From: a virus
Reading direction: 5' to 3' (one strand)
Virus record (IMG/VR): IMGVR_UViG_3300045988_164138
Location: 1-42,735 of that record
DNA: 42,735 nucleotides
Of the stretch, positions 34,165 to 40,694 are shown in pieces; within the stretch, counting starts at the first letter, position 1, and each line of letters starts with the position of its first letter. Position numbers and translations under genes: made by a program. The notes under the pieces are model-generated. The model searched no databases. It was not told the DNA's origin and worked only from the letters and a program-made list of their open reading frames with translations.

Positions 34165-35654
34165 AGGAACAATACTCCGCCGCCACGATCATTTCTACTA
34201 TTGGCGTTTTCGATTTTATCATAAGGCTTGTAACGGGGTCGTCTTTTTGTTGTGCGTGCCGCCCACATTGCGAGCGTGCATGCTTCCAGGCCGGCTACCG
34301 TGGCTCCGGGCGGGGCTTGTAGCGCCCATCCTCCTGATGTTCCGATTGGGCGCGGCGTCGCAGACGCGGCCTCGGTCCTCAATTGCATGTCGTCTAGGTG
34401 GGTGATTGTGTTTTCGCGTAGTGAGGCGTCTAACATGCTGTAGGCGTCTATGATTTGCGTGATTGTGGGGGTGATGATGACTTGGGGGCGTACTCCGATG
34501 GCGCGTAGTCTTTCGATTGTGTCGCCGGCACCGTATTTTCCGTCTACGATGATTTGCGCCCATCTGTCTTTGGTGTCCGCAATGTAGTCGATTATCCATT
34601 GTGTACCTTCGTTCATGCGGCGGACGCCCTGGTGGGTGCATAGTTCGACGTGCGTGGGCGTGTTTGCCTTGTGTCCCGCTCGGGCTAGGGCGCATGTTGA
34701 TCCGTCGGGTGCGAATCTGATTGCGGCACACCATCGCATGCCGGTCGGCGTGTTTTCTGGCCGTATTGTGGCGGTGTTCCAGGCGGCGGGGTCGATTGCG
34801 AGCCTGTCGTTGGCTCGGTCCCATATTCCGAGGCCTTCACGGCGGAATGATTCTTCTCCGAGTTGTCTGCGCATTCTTAGAATGGCGGATTCGGGTGTGC
34901 GGCGCGGGTATGATGGGTTTGCTTTTTCCCATTGTTTCCGGTCGTCGCTGTTAGCGTCGTAGTCGGCGGCTAGTTCGAGGTAGAGGCCGTCTTTTATTTC
35001 GCCTTGTAGGGCGAGGTTGCGGAATTCGCTGAATGCTTCTGATGGGTCTTTTGGTTTTGGTGGTGTTCCTATTTTGATGATGAGCGGATCCGGGGCGGTG
35101 TTTGTGGCGGGGATCATGTCGTCTAGTGCGGCTGCGCCCAGGATCTGGGCTTCGTCGAAGAGGATCATGTCTACGCCGTGGAATCCTCGTCCGAATCCGC
35201 CTTCGCGGGCGCCGAAGAGGATTCGTGATCCGTTGTTGAAGAGGATGGCTTGTTGCCCGTTCGCTTGCCGTATTTTATTCACGTACGGTGCGATGTTGGG
35301 GATTTGTGCCATTCCTTTCATGTCGTTGAATGTTTCGTCTGCTGTGCGTGTGCGGTGTGCGGTCCAGAGTACGAAGTAGTTTGGGTGGATGGTGGCGAGT
35401 GCGAATGTGAGGCCGCCGATTGTGTATGTTTTGCCGACCTGTCGTGGGATGCTGGCTTGGATTCCGTCGATGCTGGCGGCGTAGTGGCCGTCGTTTCGTT
35501 TTGCGAGGATTGCTTTGAGCCAGTCTTGTTGCCATGTGTCGAGGGGGTATTGCATTTCTTGGAGGCGGTGTTTGACTGGCGGCCAGGCGGTGTGTGTGAT
35601 GTTTTCTGGGAGGGTGAGGTGGGCGGCGATTTCGCTGAGGTGTTTTTCGCTCAT
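34161..35654 (-). CDS. terL: terminase large subunit
   Basis: Walker A PRQVGKTY, Walker B MILFDEAQ, and a C-terminal nuclease region. Confidence 0.9.
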   Translation of the reverse strand: MSEKHLSEIAAHLTLPENITHTAWPPVKHRLQEMQYPLDTWQQDWLKAILAKRNDGHYAASIDGIQASIPRQVGKTYTIGGLTFALATIHPNYFVLWTAHRTRTADETFNDMKGMAQIPNIAPYVNKIRQANGQQAILFNNGSRILFGAREGGFGRGFHGVDMILFDEAQILGAAALDDMIPATNTAPDPLIIKIGTPPKPKDPSEAFSEFRNLALQGEIKDGLYLELAADYDANSDDRKQWEKANPSYPRRTPESAILRMRRQLGEESFRREGLGIWDRANDRLAIDPAAWNTATIRPENTPTGMRWCAAIRFAPDGSTCALARAGHKANTPTHVELCTHQGVRRMNEGTQWIIDYIADTKDRWAQIIVDGKYGAGDTIERLRAIGVRPQVIITPTITQIIDAYSMLDASLRENTITHLDDMQLRTEAASATPRPIGTSGGWALQAPPGATVAGLEACTLAMWAARTTKRRPRYKPYDKIENANSRNDRGGGVLFL

Positions 35655-35655
35655 T

Positions 35656-35937
35656 TTAGATGCCGTCCCAGGTTTGTGTTTCGTTTGAAATGTCGGTGGG
35701 GTGTGTGGTGGTGTTTTCGTTTTGTGTGGTGGCGAGTTGGTCTGTGATTTGTATGAGTTGTGCGGTGAGTTTTGTGAGTGCTGTGTCGCCTGTTCTGGGG
35801 TCGTCTATGACGGTGGCGATTTTGTGTGCGAGTGCTTGGCGGATGAGTGTTGGGTTGTTTGTGTTTGTGGCGTCTGTGATGGGTGTGGGGCTGTTGGGTT
35901 CGTATATGGTGATTGTGGTATTTGTGTGGGTTGTCAT
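35656..35937 (-). CDS. hypothetical protein (possible small terminase subunit, by position only)
   Basis: 93 aa. T/N-rich ends and a helical core. RBS agaggg. It stops 1 nt before the terL start. Confidence 0.35.
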   Translation of the reverse strand: MTTHTNTTITIYEPNSPTPITDATNTNNPTLIRQALAHKIATVIDDPRTGDTALTKLTAQLIQITDQLATTQNENTTTHPTDISNETQTWDGI

Positions 35938-35979
35938 ACCCTCTATTATATGCTGTGATACTCCTTACGTCTGTCAGAG

Positions 35980-36075
35980 TTTTCCACAGGGTTTTCCACA
36001 GGGTGGGGAGTTTTCCACATGATGGCGGTCACATTGTGATCTGGGTTACTGGAGTTATCCACAAGGTTTTCCACA
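35980..36075 (+). promoter_or_regulatory. cluster of five same-orientation DnaA-box-like 9-mers, TT(T/A)TCCACA
   Basis: ttttccaca at 35980-35988, 35992-36000, 36011-36019 and 36067-36075. The exact consensus ttatccaca is at 36055-36063. Confidence 0.6.
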
Positions 36076-36259
36076 AGCAGGGAGGGATGGGCAGACCTTC
36101 GGGGTGTTCGCGGCCGGATGGGGGAGGGGGGGGTGGCCCCCATCACACAATTTGTGTGGTGTGCGTCTCGTTTCGCTCCGTTCCCTGCCTTGTTTTGTGG
36201 TGTGAGTCCCACTTTAAGGAATCCCTTACTGTTGTGGGGCCCCCCTTCGTTCGTCTCGT

Positions 36260-36590
36260 TTTGTTGCCATGGTTTTTTTGAACACCATTGTTTGGTTTGT
36301 GCCTTTGAATTTTTTTGCATGTTTTTGTAACATTTCTTTTGTTTTTATGCGTTTTTGCGTGTTTGTGCGTTTGTGCGTTGTGTTGCCTTTGTGGCATGCG
36401 TTGGCACCATGCATGGTGCATGGTATTGGTATGCATGTCATGCATCATGTCATCATCACATGTTCATCATCATGTTGATCATGTTCATTGTCGATCATGA
36501 TTGATCATCATCATGTTCGTTGTTCATTGTTATTGATTGTTGATTGAACGTTGATCATGTTGATCATGATCGTTCGTTGGTTGTGTGATC
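36260..36590. repeat. T-rich/AT-rich tract with GCGTTT iterons, a 14-bp palindrome and a GATC/TGATCA cluster
   Basis: gcgtttttgcgtgtttgtgcgtttgtgcgttgtg. caccatgcatggtg at 36405-36418. Seven GATC between 36477 and 36590, including gttgatcatg at 36474, 36550 and 36559. Confidence 0.7.
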
Positions 36591-36948
36591 GTGAACGAGT
36601 GAGAGTAGATGAGTGGATGGTGTCCGTCTCTCGTCTGTGTGGTGTGTGGAATGGCGGTTGGTGTGTGTTGCTGCTGGCCTGCGCTGTCCGGTGTGTGCGG
36701 CCCGGCCCGCACTCCACCTCCTCGGTGCGCGGTGAGTACTGCGTCATGTCGTGTACTGTTCCTTGCCGGGTGTGTGGTGCAGTGCGGGTGAGTGTCTGTC
36801 TGTGCTGTTCGTGTGATGGGGTATCCTTCGTCTGCTCTCCCCTGGTCGTGGTGGTGGGTGGGGCTATCGTGGATGGGTGGGCGGCATTGTGGTGGTGGGT
36901 GGCATAGCATTGAAGGGCGGGTGCTGTGATGCTGTCCCTCCCGTCTGC

Positions 36949-36987
36949 GTGTTGGCGTCCCCCTTGTTCGGTGTTGGCGTCCCCCTT
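36949..36987 (+). repeat. 17-bp direct repeat gtgttggcgtccccctt x2 (22-bp period)
   Basis: Copies at 36949-36965 and 36971-36987. Confidence 0.85.
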
Positions 36988-37358
36988 CCGTTTGCGTGGT
37001 GGTCCTGTTGAATGGCGGGGGTGGCGTGTGTTGTGGTGTTCCGTGTTCGGATTGGGTCTTTCCCTTCATGTTGTCCCTGGTCCTCTCGTATTGTCCTCGC
37101 TCCTCTTCCTCTTGTGTTGCTGCGTCTGTTGTGGGTGTGGGGGGGGTGCGGGCGGGGGTTTACCTCGTTGTGAAACTGTGGCTTGCTTCTCCTCTCTCTT
37201 TGTGTTCACTGTCACAGTATTGTTGGTTAGGGTGGTGTGTTTGTGGCAGGGTTGTGTTATTGTGGAATGGCGGTGGTGTGGTGAGGGTGTGTGGTCTCGT
37301 TATCTGTTTTCCTGTTTCTTTTCTTCTTCTTTCTTTTCTTCTTCTTCCTTTTCTTGTT

Positions 37359-37415
37359 GGTGTTCGGGGTAGTGCGCGCGCAGCCATGCGAGCACGCACG
37401 TTATCCCCGAACACC
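37359..37415. ncRNA. structured hairpin element, copy 1 (11-bp outer stem plus conserved 32-nt core)
   Basis: ggtgttcgggg [tagtgcgcgcgcagccatgcgagcacgcacgt tat] ccccgaacacc. On the plus strand it is preceded by a roughly 45-nt polypyrimidine tract. Confidence 0.5.
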
Positions 37416-37508
37416 ATGTGTTCCCTTGTTGTTTTGTCTTCTCTTCTTCCTGTTCCTTGATCTTCTTCCTCGTCCGCTTTTCCTTTTGTTGGAATGGCGG
37501 TGGGTGTT

Positions 37509-37853
37509 TCACCATGTGTCAGAGTGTTCGGTGGGCATGACGGCGACGGGTAGTCTGTCTCGCTCGTCCTCGTTTTTCTGGTAGTGGCGTGCTCTTCCTT
37601 TGCCTCCTCGTCCGTTGCCTCGTCTGCTGTTGCATTTGGCGCAGAGGACTCGTCCGTTGTCCGGGTGATTGGTTCCGCCTAACGAGGCTGGGATTATGTG
37701 GTCCGCTTCGGCGCTGTTTGGTTTGCGTTCCCCGTTATTGTTGTATTGGAGTTTTACTCCGCATGCTGGGCAGTGTGTGATGCCTATTTGTTGTGCTCTG
37801 GCGAGTACTTGTTTTCTGAATTGTTTGTGTTCGCGTGTGCTTGTTCTGCTCAT
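37509..37853 (-). CDS. HNH endonuclease
   Basis: CPACG...ADHIIPASLGGTNHPDNGRVLCAKCN (HNH with two CxxC pairs). RBS agagagaagagaac. Confidence 0.85.
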   Translation of the reverse strand: MSRTSTREHKQFRKQVLARAQQIGITHCPACGVKLQYNNNGERKPNSAEADHIIPASLGGTNHPDNGRVLCAKCNSRRGNGRGGKGRARHYQKNEDERDRLPVAVMPTEHSDTW

Positions 37854-38016
37854 CGTGTGTTCTCTTCTCTCTTTGCTTTTCTCTCTCGTGTTTGTGTTAG
37901 GTGGTGGCGCGTCGCAGCGTCAGCGAGACGAGCGCCTCCACCGTCTAACACTACCCTCCCTGTTCTCTTCTCGTCTTTCTTCTCGTCGCCTTTCTTCTCT
38001 TCTCGTCTTGTGGGTT

Positions 38017-38076
38017 GGCGTGCGTTGTGTAGTGCGCGCGCAGCCATGCGAGCACGCACGTAACACAGCGCACGCC
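38017..38076. ncRNA. structured hairpin element, copy 2 (14-bp outer stem, same 32-nt core)
   Basis: ggcgtgcgttgtgt [agtgcgcgcgcagccatgcgagcacgcacgt a] acacagcgcacgcc. The outer stem sequence differs from copy 1 but remains complementary (one G-T pair). Confidence 0.5.
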
Positions 38077-38230
38077 CCCCTTGTGTTCTGGCTTGTCTTA
38101 TTGGTCGCATGTTGTGTGCCTACCATCACACGTAATGCTTGTTGCATCCATCGCAACACGGCATCTATTGCTTACACCACACACTGTTCGTTGTTAACGA
38201 TCACCACGCTCACCATTGAACACTAATTAC

Positions 38231-38239
38231 GTTATAACA
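38231..38239 (-). promoter_or_regulatory. putative extended -10 (TGtTATAAC) of the late operon
   Basis: The minus strand reads tgttataac. The nearest palindromic operator is centred about 25 bp upstream. Nothing but HNH and the late genes lies downstream. Confidence 0.3.
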
Positions 38240-38252
38240 CACGTTCCCTAAA

Positions 38253-38305
38253 TAGACACTGTCTAACAAAAATAGACACTGTCTAACACGACTAGACAGT
38301 GTCTA
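38253..38305. promoter_or_regulatory. three 13-bp palindromic operator-like sites, TAGACAnTGTCTA, spaced exactly 20 bp apart
   Basis: Sites at 38253-38265 and 38273-38285 (tagacactgtcta) and 38293-38305 (tagacagtgtcta). The first two lie inside an identical 19-mer, aaatagacactgtctaaca. Confidence 0.65.
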
Positions 38306-38312
38306 ATTCTAG

Positions 38313-38328
38313 TACTCTTTTAAGAGTA
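38313..38328. promoter_or_regulatory. 16-bp palindrome tactctt-tt-aagagta next to the operator array
   Basis: 7-bp arms separated by a 2-nt centre. Confidence 0.4.
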
Positions 38329-38759
38329 TAGGTTGAGCCCAACACAGTGGCGAGCTCTTCGAAAACACCCTGCGGCGCCGACGCTCGCTTGCGTCGCTAG
38401 GGCTCCTCAGCGGCTGCGCCGCAGATCGTCTTCGACGATTCGTCTACTCGAGTGTAGCATACGGGACCAAAGTCACCGCAACAAACACTGCCAACAAAGC
38501 AACTGCAACAGAGACTATTCGTTGCAATCACAAGGAACACACTGACACAAACCCTTGCTACAAGGGCAGAAAGTGTGACGACACGCACCAACATTGTACT
38601 AACACAAACGGGTATTTTCGCCCTAGAACCCCGGTTGCTAGCAAACAACCCACATGCATGGAAAGTTAATGGAAGGTTAACGGAAACTGTGAAAGATCGG
38701 CGTGTTGGCGACACCGCACACCACCATCACACACCGCCCTTCTACAGCAGGCGCACCAC

Positions 38760-38806
38760 GACGACAAAAGCCCCACCTCCTCGTCGAAGATGGGGCCTTT
38801 GTCGTC
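38760..38806. terminator. 16-bp hairpin downstream of the minus-strand cassette
   Basis: gacgacaaaagcccca (15-nt loop) tggggcctttgtcgtc, with one mismatch. Confidence 0.55.
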
Positions 38807-38821
38807 CTCAGGGTAGTCAAG

Positions 38822-39163
38822 TCAGTAAGGCCACGCGAAGCGATACAGCAGAGCGCGCGAATCGGCGACCATCTCCCCGTCGTCGACAGGGACGAGGGCG
38901 ACCTCGAGGATGGCGTGGGCGAGATAGGCGTCCATGGCGAGACGAGCGAGGCGAGGCCAAATGTTCTCGTCGGCCATCGCGTACTCGTAGGCGTCGTCCC
39001 ATCCGTCGGGCGTCTCCAGCGGCTCCACCGAGCTGACGCCGCAATCGTCACCCGTCGTGTAGAGGGTCCAGGGGGTGCCGGTGCGGGGAGCGTGGACCCG
39101 GTAGATGGCGCCGAACTCGATGGTCTTGAGTGCGGGGTCGTCAGTACGGTGGATGGTGCCCAT
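38822..39163 (-). CDS. hypothetical protein (113 aa), GC3-rich
   Basis: ATG 39163 follows caggaaggaaagagaaa. Codons are almost all C/G-ending, unlike most of the genome. Confidence 0.6.
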   Translation of the reverse strand: MGTIHRTDDPALKTIEFGAIYRVHAPRTGTPWTLYTTGDDCGVSSVEPLETPDGWDDAYEYAMADENIWPRLARLAMDAYLAHAILEVALVPVDDGEMVADSRALLYRFAWPY

Positions 39164-39288
39164 TTTCTCTTTCCTTCCTGGCTGGTTGGTCTGTTCTGTT
39201 GGTATAAGAATGCCCCTTGGGCCTTGGCTAACACAAGACCCAAGGGGGGGGGTGTCCTCTGTCACATCGTGAGGGTGGGGTGGGCGGC

Positions 39289-39582
39289 TCAGTCGGCTAG
39301 ATCGGCTTCGACGCGGTCGATCAGCCGCCGCAGCGCGGCGTCGATCCGGGTCGCCGCCTCCTCACCCTCGAAGCCCCTGACGTCATTCGTGGTATCAGTG
39401 ATGATGATGCGAGCCAGCCGGATGGCATCGTGGACGGGGAGGTCGGCGGTGAAGCGGCGCACCAGCGCACGCGCGTATTGGTAGGCGGCCTCCTCGTGGC
39501 TCAGGGCGTAGCGGAGCATGAGGGCCATCGTGGTCTCGGGTTCGAGGGCGGGTGAGATGCACGGAGTAGTTGAGGTATCCAT
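39289..39582 (-). CDS. hypothetical protein, GC3-rich; start uncertain (the ORF is open to 39657)
   Basis: MDTSTT start chosen. Alternative starts are GTG 39657 and ATG 39528. None has a good SD, so a leaderless mRNA is possible. Confidence 0.45.
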   Translation of the reverse strand: MDTSTTPCISPALEPETTMALMLRYALSHEEAAYQYARALVRRFTADLPVHDAIRLARIIITDTTNDVRGFEGEEAATRIDAALRRLIDRVEADLAD

Positions 39583-39673
39583 GCCCGTATGGTGACATGG
39601 ATGCGGGTAGCGGCGCAAGCCCACGGGCGCAGAAGCTCCCATAACCCATTGAGACACATGTCACATGCGTTGA

Positions 39674-39682
39674 GGGTTGACA
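39674..39682 (+). promoter_or_regulatory. putative early promoter -35 element (GGGTTGACA)
   Basis: Third copy of GGGTTGAC, about 85 nt upstream of the first early gene. It is followed by the perfect hairpin gccgacgc aa gcgtcggc (39721-39738). Confidence 0.3.
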
Positions 39683-39761
39683 GCACCACCCCCGCCGCCA
39701 TTTCATAGTAGACGCACACACGCCGACGCAAGCGTCGGCACACAGAGAGAGGACACACACA

Positions 39762-40199
39762 GTGGGCAACACACTAGACGAGGGTGTGCTCATTCGACAC
39801 ATAGACCTGCGCCGGGCCACAAGGTCGTCGGACGACTCCCCGGCCCGGCTCGCAATTATGGTCGAGCACATGGATGGCACGAACTACATGATGAGCGTCG
39901 CCGACAAAAAAGAGACACCCGAACATATGACGACACTCCTCGCCGTCGTCAGCCGCGGCGCTGACATGATGTTCCGTGCCCTCGACATTCTCCGCGCTAT
40001 CGGATACGTGGACACGCTCCCCGTCGCACTATTGGGCAGGCAAATCGTTTTCGGATTGGACCGTGTCACGCTTGAGGTTGAAATTATTGAGCACAGTGAC
40101 GGCGAGATTGAGTGCGGCATTAGCGTTGCCGGTGTGAATGTGGAGAATGTTGAGGAGATTGGGGGTGTGCTGGAGGAGAACAACATTAACGTCATCTAA
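39762..40199 (+). CDS. hypothetical protein (145 aa), first gene of the early operon
   Basis: GTG start after agagagaggacacacaca. Confidence 0.6.
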   Translation: MGNTLDEGVLIRHIDLRRATRSSDDSPARLAIMVEHMDGTNYMMSVADKKETPEHMTTLLAVVSRGADMMFRALDILRAIGYVDTLPVALLGRQIVFGLDRVTLEVEIIEHSDGEIECGISVAGVNVENVEEIGGVLEENNINVI

Positions 40200-40459
40200 G
40201 GCGGTATGACAGAGGGCGTCGGGCTGGCATTGTGTCCTCCGTCTCGTGATTGCACGGGCGAGGATGTAACCATGTGTAGTCCACCGCCATCCGCCTTTCA
40301 TGGTGTTCTGGGGGTGATGGGCTGACGTGTCGTGGACCAACACCCTGGAGTGTGGCGGACGTCTCACCCTCGGGGGGTGGGCAGGCAGGCATCGGCGTCC
40401 TAGAGTTAAGGCATCGGGAGCAAGACAACCCAAACCATCACGTAGAAAGAGGAAACATC

Positions 40460-40642
40460 ATGACCATGAGGCATGCGGCACCGAGGCGCGCCAACGTTGC
40501 GTCCCGCCGCCCTTTGAAGCGCGGCAACGAAATCATCCTCGCCGCCGTCATCTACCTGACGGCGGCGTGTCTCGCTGTGATCGGGACGCTCGGTGTCGTG
40601 GCAGTCGTCTGGACCTTGTGGGGTGCGCTGGGGGTACGGTAA
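40460..40642 (+). CDS. small membrane protein (60 aa)
   Basis: ATG follows agaaagaggaaacatc. Basic N-terminus, then a long hydrophobic stretch IILAAVIYLTAACLAVIGTLGVVAVVWTLWGAL. Confidence 0.5.
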   Translation: MTMRHAAPRRANVASRRPLKRGNEIILAAVIYLTAACLAVIGTLGVVAVVWTLWGALGVR

Positions 40643-40694
40643 CCCCCCCCGCAATTCTGGCAACACAAACACAGAGGAAGAGAAGAGACACGCC

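Larger units (their letters stand above)
36649..37500 (+). repeat. four dispersed copies of GAATGGCGG followed by a GT-rich tail (more copies elsewhere)
   Basis: Copies at 36649-36657, 37010-37018, 37265-37273 and 37492-37500. Further copies at 14091, 31210 and 34880, all on the plus strand. Confidence 0.8.

Noticed and set aside
35944-35954. Perfect TATAAT on the minus strand 7 nt upstream of the ATG of the 93-aa gene (a leaderless-type promoter)
   Set aside because: There is no acceptable -35 element at 16-19 nt. The gene also has an SD-like agaggg that would be removed in a leaderless transcript. It is noted but not annotated.
36119-36142. Calling the G-run/C-run (tgggggagggggggggtggccccca) the cos site
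   Set aside because: Nothing in the sequence alone defines cohesive ends. Only the general HNH-terminase location supports it, so it is left as a hypothesis within the region-level finding.
35946-37069. Minus-strand ORFs 35946-36320 (124 aa), 36143-36448 (101 aa) and 36530-37069 (179 aa), plus plus-strand ORFs in the same area
   Set aside because: Their translations are low-complexity (H/T/P/Q/R-rich or C/V/G-rich), they lack SD-like sequences, and they span DnaA-box and iteron repeats. They are best explained by extreme strand composition bias in non-coding DNA.
37359-37415. Possibility that the conserved hairpin elements are tRNA genes
   Set aside because: At 57-60 nt they are too short. 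They have no cloverleaf and no T-loop (GTTCGAATC-like) or D-loop signatures. No tRNA-like sequence was seen elsewhere either.
36260-37500. Possibility of a CRISPR array among the repeats
   Set aside because: The repeats are short (9-17 bp), irregularly spaced and of several unrelated types. There is no repeat-spacer periodicity and there are no cas genes beyond the recombination-type Cas4-like nuclease.
38333-38545. 70-aa plus-strand ORF right after the operator array as the missing regulator
   Set aside because: It has a TTG start without an SD and gives a low-complexity Arg/Gln/Ser-rich product with no HTH-like segment.
38575-39484. Plus-strand ORFs 38575-39036 and 38702-39484 (Arg-rich)
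   Set aside because: They are antisense shadows of the GC-rich minus-strand cassette and cross the hairpin terminator at 38760-38806.
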